From assembly GCA_016192455.1 (NCBI GenBank), contig JACPUC010000010.1:1-64000 (forward strand): 64,000 bases of DNA, given 5' to 3'. Source of the DNA: Candidatus Tectimicrobiota bacterium (GTDB taxonomy: Bacteria; JACPUC01). The notes beneath the pieces were generated by a model. That model did not search any database and was not told the origin of the DNA. It was given only the letters and a program-made list of their open reading frames with translations. Below are positions 46,983-56,330 of this stretch, piece by piece. The position numbers and the translations under genes were made by a program. Within the stretch, counting starts at the first letter, position 1, and every line of letters starts with the position of its first letter.

Positions 46983-48320
46983 GTGGCGCTGCACCAGTTC
47001 CTCCGTCAAGCTGTCTCGCATACCGCGCCCGCCGTCAAGGTCCGCCTGGACCAGGTATGGTCACACTGGCAGGCCCTCAGCGCTCCTCGCCGGCGTTCCG
47101 CCTCGGCCCTCGCCCTGCTCCTCGCCCTGCTGCTGGTCAGCGCCGGCTTCGCCGCTCTGCGCTCCGGGTCAGTCACGGCTCCGGCGCAGCACGACGCCCC
47201 TGCGGAAGCGCCAACAGCCCGGTTCACGCCCCGGCTCGACATGGAGGCGGTGGCGTCGCCCGCCGAACAGCCTCCAGCCGCTCCCCCTGCCGGCGGGATT
47301 GCGCCATTGCCAGATGCTCAACCTAACGCCGCCCTCCGTGAGAAGGCCGTTGAGGAGGGCTTCACCCATGCGGCAGCCGGCGGAGCCGCCAGCGGTCCCC
47401 TTGCCCGGCCATCCCTCAGCCGTTCTCCGGCGCAACTCCTGCGGGCCGCACCGGCGCAGCCGCCCCCCCTGCCGGGTGCGGCCCCCGGCCTGCCAGCCGA
47501 CCTCTCTCGGAACGCCGCGGCGCCACTCCGCCCCGAGCCGCAGCGCTGGGCTTCGGCGGCAGGCGCGGGCGCGCCGCTGAACCTGTACCAACCGCGCGCC
47601 GCCGCCTTGCCGGTGCTGCCGGGTGATGGCGGCGCATCTCCCGCGGCGCCGCCACCGCCTCCACGCGTCGCCATCCTCATCGACGACATCGGCTGGGACC
47701 TCGCCACCCTGCGGCGCTTCCTGGCGCTCGACGCCGATCTCTCCTACGCCGTCCTGCCGCAGCTCGAGAAGAGCCGGGAAGCGGCCCTGACCATTGCGGC
47801 CACGGGGCATGAGGTGCTCCTCCACCTGCCGATGGAGCCGCATGAGTACCCCGACCAGGACCCCGGCCGGGGCGCGCTGCTGCTGGCGATGGAACGCGAG
47901 GAGTTGCGGGCGAACTTCCTCAGCTCCCTGCAGAGCGTGCCGATGCGGGTGGGCGTGAACAACCACATGGGATCCCGGTTCACCGAGAACAAGGAGCGCA
48001 TGAGCTACGTCTTGTCGCTCGTGAAGGCGGAGGGATTGTTCTTCGTTGACAGCCTCACGACGCCGCGGTCGGTGGCGCTCCAAGAGGCGCGGCAGATCGG
48101 CCTGCGCGCCATGGCCCGGCACGTTTTCCTCGATCACGAAGTCGGCCTCGAGGGGACGCTGGCGCAAGTTGAGCGGCTCATCCGCCTCGCCGAGCGCCAC
48201 GGCAGCGCCCTCGGCATCGGCCACCCCCACCCGACGACGCTGCAGGCGCTTCAGGAGACCCTGCCGACGTTGCGGCGCCGCGGCGTGCGCATTGTTCCTG
48301 TCTCCTCCCTCCTTGACTGA
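46983..48320 (+). CDS. Divergent polysaccharide deacetylase (YibQ-like) with TM and Pro/Ala-rich linker
   Basis: ILIDDIG, LLHLPMEP, NNHMGS, FVDSLT, IGHP; start uncertain. Confidence 0.9.
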   Translation: MALHQFLRQAVSHTAPAVKVRLDQVWSHWQALSAPRRRSASALALLLALLLVSAGFAALRSGSVTAPAQHDAPAEAPTARFTPRLDMEAVASPAEQPPAAPPAGGIAPLPDAQPNAALREKAVEEGFTHAAAGGAASGPLARPSLSRSPAQLLRAAPAQPPPLPGAAPGLPADLSRNAAAPLRPEPQRWASAAGAGAPLNLYQPRAAALPVLPGDGGASPAAPPPPPRVAILIDDIGWDLATLRRFLALDADLSYAVLPQLEKSREAALTIAATGHEVLLHLPMEPHEYPDQDPGRGALLLAMEREELRANFLSSLQSVPMRVGVNNHMGSRFTENKERMSYVLSLVKAEGLFFVDSLTTPRSVALQEARQIGLRAMARHVFLDHEVGLEGTLAQVERLIRLAERHGSALGIGHPHPTTLQALQETLPTLRRRGVRIVPVSSLLD

Positions 48321-48382
48321 GCTGGGCGAACCTGCGAGGCTGAGCGCGACTGGCGCGGCGGCGCCGGTGCGCCACCTTGACG

Positions 48383-49471
48383 ATGGCTGAAGAGGCTCAC
48401 GGCATGTTGGTGCTGGCGCTGGAGACCTCCTGCGACGAGACGGCGGCCGGCATCGTCGAGGATGGCTGCCGCATCCGCGCCAATGTCGTCGCCTCGCAGA
48501 TTGAGCTGCACCGGTCTTACGGCGGCGTGGTGCCGGAATTGGCCTGCCGCAGCCACCTGACGAACCTGCCGACGGTCATCGACGCCGCCCTCGAGGAGGC
48601 CGGGGTGCGCCTGGCGGAGATCGACGTGCTGGCGGCGACCCTCGGCCCCGGGCTGATCGGCGCGCTCCTCGTCGGCCTGTCGATGGCGAAGGCGATGGCC
48701 TTCGCCCTGCGCAAACCCCTCGTCGGCGTCAACCACCTGGCGGGCCACATCTACGCCGCCTTCCTCACCCAGCCGCCGCCCACCTTCCCGTTCGTCGCCC
48801 TGGTCGTCTCCGGCGGCCACACCGACCTCTACCTCGTTGCCGAGCATGGATGCTTCCAGACCCTGGGTCGGACACGCGACGACGCCGCCGGCGAGGCCTT
48901 CGACAAGGTGGCCAAGCTCCTCGCCTTGGGCTACCCCGGCGGGCCGATCATCGACCGCCTGGCGACGCGGGGCCGCCCCGACGCCGTCGCCTTCCCGCGC
49001 GCCATGCTGGCCCCGGGCAACTACGAGTTCAGTTTCAGCGGTCTGAAGACGGCGGTGCGGCAGCACCTCCTGCGCGCGGAGGAGGCCGCTGGTCTGCCGG
49101 TGGAGGACATCGCCGCCAGCTTCCAGGAGGCGGTGATCGACGTTCTCGTGACCAAGACGATGGACGCCGTGCAGCACACCGGCGTGCGCTCCCTGGCGGT
49201 GGTCGGCGGCGTCGCCGCCAACTCCGGGTTGCGGGGTCGCTTGGCGGAAGTCGCGGCGCGGCAGGGAGTGCAGCTCACCATCCCGCCCCCCGAGCTCTGC
49301 ACCGACAACGCCGCCATGTGCGCCAGCGCCGCCTACTACTGCTACCGCGCCGCGCCGGAGCGCGTTGCCGCCGGCGAAGGCGATGCCTGGCTGCGGCTGG
49401 ACGCCAAGGCCACCCTGCCGCTGCGGAGCTGGAGCACGGCGCGCAGCGGGGATGGCGCGGCGACGCGGTGA
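48383..49471 (+). CDS. tsaD: tRNA N6-adenosine threonylcarbamoyltransferase
   Basis: ETSCDET, GGVVPELA, HLAGH, SGGHT, DDAAGEAFDK, CTDNAAM; start may be 48404. Confidence 0.96.
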   Translation: MAEEAHGMLVLALETSCDETAAGIVEDGCRIRANVVASQIELHRSYGGVVPELACRSHLTNLPTVIDAALEEAGVRLAEIDVLAATLGPGLIGALLVGLSMAKAMAFALRKPLVGVNHLAGHIYAAFLTQPPPTFPFVALVVSGGHTDLYLVAEHGCFQTLGRTRDDAAGEAFDKVAKLLALGYPGGPIIDRLATRGRPDAVAFPRAMLAPGNYEFSFSGLKTAVRQHLLRAEEAAGLPVEDIAASFQEAVIDVLVTKTMDAVQHTGVRSLAVVGGVAANSGLRGRLAEVAARQGVQLTIPPPELCTDNAAMCASAAYYCYRAAPERVAAGEGDAWLRLDAKATLPLRSWSTARSGDGAATR

Positions 49472-49504
49472 TGCTGCCACGTTCCGTCACCCGCGGGAGA
49501 GACC

Positions 49505-51100
49505 ATGGCTGAGACGTACGACCTCATCGTCATCGGCGGCGGCCACAACGGCCTGGCGGTCGCCGCCTACCTGGCCCGCGCCGGGCAGCGCGTCATCGTC
49601 CTCGAGCACGGGGAACGCGTCGGCGGCGGCTTGAGCACGGAGGAGGTGACCCTGCCCGGCTTCAAGCACAACCTGCACTCGCAGGGGCACCGCGAAGGGC
49701 CGGTGAACCGCACCCTGGAGCTGGAGAAGCACGGCCTGCGCTACGTGCGTCCCGACCCGAACTACAGCATGGTCTTCGAGGACGGCAGCAGCCTCTGCCT
49801 CTATAAAGACCTGGAGCGCACCGTCGAGAACATCGCGCAGTTCTCGAAGCACGACGCCGTGGCCTACCGCAAGCTCTTCGACAAGTTCAAGCATCTGCGG
49901 CAGATCGTCCTCTCCTCCTGGTACATGCCGCCGCTGCCGCTGTCGAAGACCTACCAGGTGTTCGAGGGGACGGAGGACGGCCGCCTCTTCCTCTACATCC
50001 TCAACTCCTCGCCGATGAGCGTCATGGACGCCTTCTTCGAGCACCCGCGCGTGAAGGCGTGGGCGCTGCTCATGTCGATGCAGGGATCCATCGCGCCGGA
50101 CGCCTTCGGCATGGGGGCGCTCATCCCGCTCCTCTTCGTCGGCATGCACGACCACCCGTACGGCGTCTGCGTCGGCGGCTCCTGGGAGATGGCGCGCGCC
50201 ATGCAAGCCTGCCTCGAGGAGGCCGGCGGCACGGTGCGCACGGGGGCGCGCGTGCGGAAAATCCTCCTCGAGCAGGGGGAGGCGCGGGCGGTGCTGCTGG
50301 AGGACGGCACGGAGATTCGCGCCAAGAAGGCCATCGCCAGCAACACGAACGTGCGCATGACGATGCTCGACCTGGTGGGCGAGGAGCACCTGGAGGCCGA
50401 CTTCGCGCGCGGCGTGCGCGCCTTCGAGGGGGATGAACTGGCGCTGCTCACGGTGCACTACGCCCTCGACGAGGCGCCGCGCTTCGTGGCCGCGCAGGGC
50501 AACCCCGACGTGGCGCGCTGCTGGCTCATCGCCTGGGGGGTGGAGAACCCACGGCACATCCAGGAGATCGTCAACGACATCCGCGCCCGCACCCTGCCGC
50601 GCCGCATCCTGGGGTTCGGCGGCTCGCCGACGGCGAATGATCCCTCCCAGGCGCCCCCGGGCAAGCACACGGCGTTCATCTGGACTTTCGTCCCCTACCA
50701 CCTGCCGCAAGGACCGGAGAGTTGGCCGCGGGTGCAGGAGGCGTATGCCGATGCGATCCAGGCCGCGTGGCGCGCCTACGCTCCGAACATGACCGGCGAC
50801 GCCATCCTCGGCCGCTACGTCTACACGCCGCGCGACATCGAGCTGAAGGTCCCCTCCATGTTCCATGGCTCCATTCAGCACGGTCACGCCGGCCCCAACC
50901 AGCTTGGGCCGTTCCGTCCCGTGCCCGGCTGGGCCAACTACCGCATGCCGATCAAGAAGCTCTACCTGTGCGGCTCCTCGGCCCACCCGATGGGGGGGAT
51001 CGCCGGCGCGCCCGGCTTCAACGCCGCCGGCGTCATCTGCGACGACCTCGGCCTGAAGAAGTGGTGGTGGCGCTCGCGCGAGGAGCGCCGGAAGGGCTGA
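49505..51100 (+). CDS. Phytoene-desaturase-like FAD oxidoreductase, paralog 3
   Basis: [49 protein letters not shown]. Confidence 0.9.
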   Translation: MAETYDLIVIGGGHNGLAVAAYLARAGQRVIVLEHGERVGGGLSTEEVTLPGFKHNLHSQGHREGPVNRTLELEKHGLRYVRPDPNYSMVFEDGSSLCLYKDLERTVENIAQFSKHDAVAYRKLFDKFKHLRQIVLSSWYMPPLPLSKTYQVFEGTEDGRLFLYILNSSPMSVMDAFFEHPRVKAWALLMSMQGSIAPDAFGMGALIPLLFVGMHDHPYGVCVGGSWEMARAMQACLEEAGGTVRTGARVRKILLEQGEARAVLLEDGTEIRAKKAIASNTNVRMTMLDLVGEEHLEADFARGVRAFEGDELALLTVHYALDEAPRFVAAQGNPDVARCWLIAWGVENPRHIQEIVNDIRARTLPRRILGFGGSPTANDPSQAPPGKHTAFIWTFVPYHLPQGPESWPRVQEAYADAIQAAWRAYAPNMTGDAILGRYVYTPRDIELKVPSMFHGSIQHGHAGPNQLGPFRPVPGWANYRMPIKKLYLCGSSAHPMGGIAGAPGFNAAGVICDDLGLKKWWWRSREERRKG

Positions 51101-51304
51101 GAGCCGCGCCGCCCGACGCTTGTCGACCAGCCCGAAGGAAGCCATGGAGAGCCTTGAGGAGACGCCCCCAGGCGAGCCCGAAGGGGCCGGGGGTGCGAGC
51201 GCGGCGAGGGCGAACCTCCCGCGGCGCCCGGCTTGCGAAATCGCGCTGCCTGGGGCGGCGTCGGGGTGAGGGTCGGGTTTACCAGCAGTACAAGGAGGGG
51301 AGCC

Positions 51305-51550
51305 ATGAAGCTCAACGCGCTGAACCTCGGTCTTGCTGCAGGCATTCTGTGGGCCGCCGTGATGTTCGTCATGACGTTGATCTCCGCCGGCACCGGCTAC
51401 AGCGGAGAGTTTCTGAAGATGATGAGCGGCATCTACCCCGGCTACCGGGTGTCGGTGGCGGGGAGCATCATCGGCCTCATCTACGGCTTCGTGGACGGCT
51501 TCGTCGGCCTCTACCTCTTCGGCAAGCTCTACAACTGGCTGACGCGCTGA
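51305..51550 (+). CDS. Small two-TM membrane protein of a family often labelled putative holin
   Basis: MKLN..LGLAAGILW, YPGY, GLIYGFVDG, LYNW; RBS AAGGAGG. Confidence 0.75.
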   Translation: MKLNALNLGLAAGILWAAVMFVMTLISAGTGYSGEFLKMMSGIYPGYRVSVAGSIIGLIYGFVDGFVGLYLFGKLYNWLTR

Positions 51551-51695
51551 GGCCCGCGGGGCCATCCGCCCGGCAGCCGAGACGAGGCGAAGAGAAGCCG
51601 GCGCTCGGCAGGCGAACGAAGCGGGCGAGCGAAGCAGCGAGCCATGGCCTGCCGTGGCGCTTCGCAGCCGCGGGAGGGGTGCGAGGAGACGCAGG

Positions 51696-52172
51696 ATGAT
51701 CGACCTGGAAGCGACAAAGACCGCGCAGAAGACCTCCTCGCTGCTCGTGGCCTTCGAGGAGCGCTGGCTCGAACCTCTCCTGCGCAACCGCGTCTCCGTG
51801 GTCTTTCGCAAGCGCCTCCCCGGCGTGCCGAGTCCCGACTGGCTCTACCTCTACGTCGCCGATCCCACCAGCGCCATCATCGGCCGGGCGCGCGTGCAGC
51901 GCTACGAGCGCATGTTCGTCAACGACGCCATCGCCATTGCCCAACGCGGCGGTCTGACGCGCGACGCCCTGCGCGACTACGCCACGGCCTTTGACCGCCT
52001 CTCCGTCTTCACCATCGGACCCATCGCGGAGAGCCAGAAGCCGATCTACCTCAAGTACCTCATCGATGTCTTCCACTTCGAGCCGCCGGAGGAGTTCTAC
52101 GTCCTCTCGAAGGAGGGCAAGGCCGCCATCGACAAGCTCGGCGGCTGGGTGGACGAGCAGGCTCAGCCCTAA
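51696..52172 (+). CDS. ASCH/PUA-like domain protein
   Basis: FRKRLP, YLYVADPTSAIIG, PPEEFYVL pattern. Confidence 0.65.
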   Translation: MIDLEATKTAQKTSSLLVAFEERWLEPLLRNRVSVVFRKRLPGVPSPDWLYLYVADPTSAIIGRARVQRYERMFVNDAIAIAQRGGLTRDALRDYATAFDRLSVFTIGPIAESQKPIYLKYLIDVFHFEPPEEFYVLSKEGKAAIDKLGGWVDEQAQP

Positions 52173-52228
52173 CGCGAGGAGCGGCGCACTACGGAAGAAT
52201 CGCTTTCCACGCCACCGCCCGCCCTTGC

Positions 52229-52278
52229 TTAAGAAAAGTTTTGGCCCTATCTTTTCTTAACGTCTCCCGTTAGGAAAA
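52229..52278. promoter_or_regulatory. Overlapping AT-rich inverted repeats upstream of the Fic gene
   Basis: TTAAGAAAAG-N12-CTTTTCTTAA (52229-52260) and TTTTCTTAACG-N5-CGTTAGGAAAA. Confidence 0.55.
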
Positions 52279-52309
52279 AATCTTTCTTTACCCTCTGCCG
52301 GAGACCGCG

Positions 52310-53476
52310 GTGTACAGCGAACGTTCCGGCCGCGCCGAGAAACTGGGCCCACGCGCGGAGCCCTACTACGCCTTCATCCCCCAGCCGCTGCCGCCGAAGC
52401 CGCCCCTCGTGCTCGACGCCGAGCTGCTCGACCTGTCGGAGGAAGCGAATCGCTCTCTGGGACGCTTGGACGGCGTTACGGCGATCCTGCCCGACACCTT
52501 GTTGTTCCTTTACTTCTACGTTCGCAAGGAAGCGCTGCTCTCCTCGCAGATCGAAGGCACTCAGTCGTCCCTCGCTGACTTGCTTCTCTTTGAGTATGAC
52601 GAGGTTCCAGGGGTGCCGCTCGACGACGTGCGTGAGGTTTCGAACTACGTCGCCGCCATGAACCACGGGCTGGAAAGGATAAAGAGCGGCTTCCCCTTGT
52701 CGCTTCGACTCCTGCGCGAAGTCCATGGGGTGCTCTTGGCAAAAGGACGCGGCAGCGAGAAATCACCAGGTGAGTTCAGGACGAGCCAGAACTGGGTGGG
52801 GGGGAGTCGCCCGGGAACGGCGCTCTTCGTGCCGCCCCCGGCCGCGATGGTGATTCCTTGCATGGGGGCGCTCGAAAAGTTCCTCCATGACGATCCCGAG
52901 AAGACTTCCGTCCTCATCAAGGCAGCCCTGACGCACGTCCAGTTTGAGAGCATCCACCCATTCCTCGACGGCAATGGTCGTCTCGGCAGGCTGCTCATCA
53001 CCCTGCTGCTGTGCGCGGCCGAGGCGCTGCATGAACCGCTCCTCTACCTCAGCCTCTACTTCAAGCGCAACCGAGAGGCGTACTACGAGCACCTCCAGCG
53101 TGTCCGCACGCATGGCGAGTGGGAGGCTTGGGTGCGCTTCTTCCTGACCGGCGTCCGCGACACGGCCGATCAGGCGGCGCAGACCGCGCGGCGCATCCTG
53201 CAACTCTTCGAGGCGGACCAGCGCCGTATCGAGAGGATCGGCCGCGCCGCCGGGTCATGCCTGCGCGTGCACCAGTATCTTCAGAGAAGACCGCTCCTCT
53301 CCATCCCCAAGGCGGCGCGCGACCTCAAGCTCTCGCCGCCGACGCTAAGAACGTGTGTCAGACACCTCCAGACCCTCGGCATCCTTCGCGAAACCACCGG
53401 TCGAGCACGAAACCGGCTCTACGCCTACGACCGCTACCTGGCGATCCTCAGCGAAGGGACGGAGCCGCTGCCGTAG
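52310..53476 (+). CDS. Fic family protein with a C-terminal HTH
   Basis: SSQIEGT inhibitory motif, HPFLDGNGRLGR catalytic motif. Confidence 0.94.
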   Translation: MYSERSGRAEKLGPRAEPYYAFIPQPLPPKPPLVLDAELLDLSEEANRSLGRLDGVTAILPDTLLFLYFYVRKEALLSSQIEGTQSSLADLLLFEYDEVPGVPLDDVREVSNYVAAMNHGLERIKSGFPLSLRLLREVHGVLLAKGRGSEKSPGEFRTSQNWVGGSRPGTALFVPPPAAMVIPCMGALEKFLHDDPEKTSVLIKAALTHVQFESIHPFLDGNGRLGRLLITLLLCAAEALHEPLLYLSLYFKRNREAYYEHLQRVRTHGEWEAWVRFFLTGVRDTADQAAQTARRILQLFEADQRRIERIGRAAGSCLRVHQYLQRRPLLSIPKAARDLKLSPPTLRTCVRHLQTLGILRETTGRARNRLYAYDRYLAILSEGTEPLP

Positions 53477-53637
53477 GCGGCTCAGGGAGTCTGCGCCGTC
53501 TCAGCGGCGGGAGCGTTCCGCCGCGCAGGTCCTTGACCCGGCATGCAAACGGGCGGAAGCCTTGCGCTCCCGCCCGCAATGCACGCCTGCCTGCCTCGAC
53601 TCGCTTTCCCTCTCCTCCTCAGCCACTCCGGCGAGCG

Positions 53638-55383
53638 CTACTCCAACGGCGCCCCCGTAGCCACGCCTGGCGCTTCCACGACATCCGTCTCCGCCCCGCC
53701 GGAGGAGCCCAAAAGGAAGCGCGGCCCTGGGAACGGCTCGGGGAACGGGATGAAGCCGCCGTTCGGGGTCACCCGCAGGGCGTAGACGCCGGGCGGCACG
53801 GCGAGCAGGTAGAGGCCGTCGGTGTTCGTGAAGCCGCTGCTGGTGAACCTGCCGCCGCTGGCCGTGATCGTAACCTGGGCGCCGCTGACCGGGCGGTTCT
53901 CCTCATCGGTCACCCGCCCCGAGACGAAGAGGCCGTCGGGCAGCGCAATATCGAGGACGGTGTCTTGCCGCACGACGACCTCAGGCACCTCGGCGCCGGT
54001 GGGCGAGAGGACGGTCTCCGGCAGGCGGATGCCCACCTGGGGCGGCGTCAGCACACCGGTCGGCGGCGCCACGGCGACGCGGTACGTGCCGGCGGGAAGC
54101 GCCAGGGTGTAGTTGCCGCGCTCGTTGCTCGTGGCCTGGGTGCTGAAGTCGCGATCCTGGGCGCGGGCAGTGACGCGGGCACTCCGCACCAGCCCCTGCC
54201 GCTGGTCCAGGATGCGGCCGGAGAGGAGGAAGACATCGGGGACGGTGATGTCGAGGACCCGATCGCCGCGCACCTCGACCGCCTCGATAACGGTGGGGAA
54301 GCTGAGCGAGGGAGGCTGCGGCGGCGGCAGGAAGAAATCGGCGCTCTCCGGCGCGCCGGCGCGCAGGATTCCCGGCGGCGGCTCTTCCAACCCAATCGAA
54401 GTAGTGGCGGTGACGCGGTAGACGCCGCCGGGCAGGAACATCTGGTAGTGACCGTCGCGATCTAGCGAGCTAAAGCCGCTGCCGCCTTGGTTCTCCTCGG
54501 TGCGCGTGGCGAAGACCGAGCCGAAGGGCATCGGTTCGCCGCGCGCATCGCTGACGGCGCCGCTCAAGGAGAAGAGGTTTTCAAGCACCACGTCGCGCCG
54601 CAGCGGGCCGTTGATGTCCAGCGTCTCGACGAGACGGCGCTCGCCGAAGGGCGGAAACACGTAGAGCGAGTAGACCCCCGGGTCCTGCGCGAAGCGGTAG
54701 ATGCCGAGCGCGTTCGTGCTCACGGTCTGGCTCTCGGTCGGTGCGCCGTTCTCCCCCTCCTCCTGCCGCTCCAGGAGCAAGAGCACGTCGGGAACGGGGA
54801 GGCCGCTCGACGTCGTCACCAGGCCCACCAGCTCGATACCGCGGTGCAGCGTCACGTTCCGCACCGTGCTCGCTTGCACGTTCACCCCCTCCACCGTGGT
54901 CGCCACGAACGGCGGCGCGGGCGGCGCCAGCAAGGTCACCTCGGCGCTCCCCTCTTCGCCGCCTTGATCGCGGATGAGGATGGAGATGTTCGTCGTGCTC
55001 TCCGCCGAGAGGACCACGCTTGAGAAGGTGACGCGCACCGTCGAGGCGTCGAGGGCTTCGATGCGCAGCCCCGGCTCGCGCCCCCCGGTCTGCCTGAGGA
55101 TGTCGGCGACGATGAGCGAGCCGATATCCAGGCCATTGATGTTGTAGATCAAGGTGGTGGGGTCGAGGTCCCCGATGCCGTCGCCATCCATCAAGGTGAA
55201 GGAGAAGTCGAAGGGCTGGATCACCACGACGTTCGGGTTGATTTCCACGGACGGTGGCAACGCCGCGGCAGGCAGGGCCAGTCCAAGGACGAGCCCGGCA
55301 AGCAACACCGACAGGCAAAGCAGCGTTGCGCGGCGCGTCGTCTTGGCGCCGCCATGCGGTGTGGAACGAGCTGCGAGGTTCAT
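53638..55383 (-). CDS. Secreted protein with carboxypeptidase-regulatory-like beta-sandwich repeats
   Basis: Signal peptide ending PAAA; four repeats of SG.V.D...P......T...G.Y....PG.Y.(L/V). Confidence 0.8.
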   Translation of the reverse strand: MNLAARSTPHGGAKTTRRATLLCLSVLLAGLVLGLALPAAALPPSVEINPNVVVIQPFDFSFTLMDGDGIGDLDPTTLIYNINGLDIGSLIVADILRQTGGREPGLRIEALDASTVRVTFSSVVLSAESTTNISILIRDQGGEEGSAEVTLLAPPAPPFVATTVEGVNVQASTVRNVTLHRGIELVGLVTTSSGLPVPDVLLLLERQEEGENGAPTESQTVSTNALGIYRFAQDPGVYSLYVFPPFGERRLVETLDINGPLRRDVVLENLFSLSGAVSDARGEPMPFGSVFATRTEENQGGSGFSSLDRDGHYQMFLPGGVYRVTATTSIGLEEPPPGILRAGAPESADFFLPPPQPPSLSFPTVIEAVEVRGDRVLDITVPDVFLLSGRILDQRQGLVRSARVTARAQDRDFSTQATSNERGNYTLALPAGTYRVAVAPPTGVLTPPQVGIRLPETVLSPTGAEVPEVVVRQDTVLDIALPDGLFVSGRVTDEENRPVSGAQVTITASGGRFTSSGFTNTDGLYLLAVPPGVYALRVTPNGGFIPFPEPFPGPRFLLGSSGGAETDVVEAPGVATGAPLE

Positions 55384-56330
55384 AGCACCACCTCCTTGCG
55401 GGAATCGTCCTGAGAACAACGCGGCGCCACCTTCAGCATCGCCGCGCGAAGCTCATGGCGGGCCACCTCCAAAGCGCCGCCGCCGAGTCGCGGCGTGGCC
55501 GCCTCCATGACGCCCCAAGCGCGGCGGCCGCGAAGGTCCAGGAAGAGGCCGGGATGATCAGCGCCTTGCTGCCCGGCCAGGCAGTTCCGTCACCGGGCTG
55601 GTGGACCATCTCGGCCTTCGCACACCTCCCTGCGTTCGCCTCGGGAGAGTCTGTCCCGTCGCCGCCACCTCCGGCAAGAAAGCATACACTGTGCCAACCC
55701 CCGCGGGGCGGTGAGGGACGGCATCCCTCCGCCTACGAGGTAGCCCCCGCCTTCCGTCCCGTGCCGGCATCGTCCTCTCCCGGTGGGGCAACGCAGGCGC
55801 GGCGAATCGCGCTAGCCGGGACGACCGAGACGCGCGGCAAGGGGCAAGAGAAGGGGGCGTTTCGTCCGCCAGCGACAGCACCGGCTTGGCGCTCTTTCAT
55901 TCTTACCGAACCACCTGGCAAGAATGCCCGTCTTGAGCCGTCATTTGGTCTGGGGGGAGTGCGCGCCTTCGACCGGCTGTCGCGCAACCCTGGAGGCGGC
56001 GCCGCGAGCGCGAGCCGCGCCGCGAAAGCGTGTCGCCTGGCGAGCCGCGCCCGTGCTTGCCTGAATTCGCAAGTACCCGCATAATCATGCTACAGTGCGT
56101 AGAGCATGAGCTGGGCGGGGAGGTCTCCCCCTGCTTTGTTTCCTCCCCTCCGCGGCCTGCTGCACAACCGTCTCAATCATGGCTTAGAGAAGGGCGCGAG
56201 GGCAAAACAGAGACGGAGACGGCAGCTTTGCACGCTCCTCGCGCGTGGCGCCAAGCTGTCACATTGATCATCGTGTCCACGTGGCTGGCTGACGATCAGG
56301 CCTTACGGCGGCCGGGAGGATAGGCGCACC

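Noticed and set aside
51305-51550. Prophage suggested by the holin-like gene
   Set aside because: No endolysin, integrase or virion genes nearby.
53600-53640. Stop-codon readthrough (Pyl/Sec) at the TAG ending the repeat protein
   Set aside because: Sequence past the stop does not continue the repeat pattern, and no Sec or Pyl machinery is in the window.
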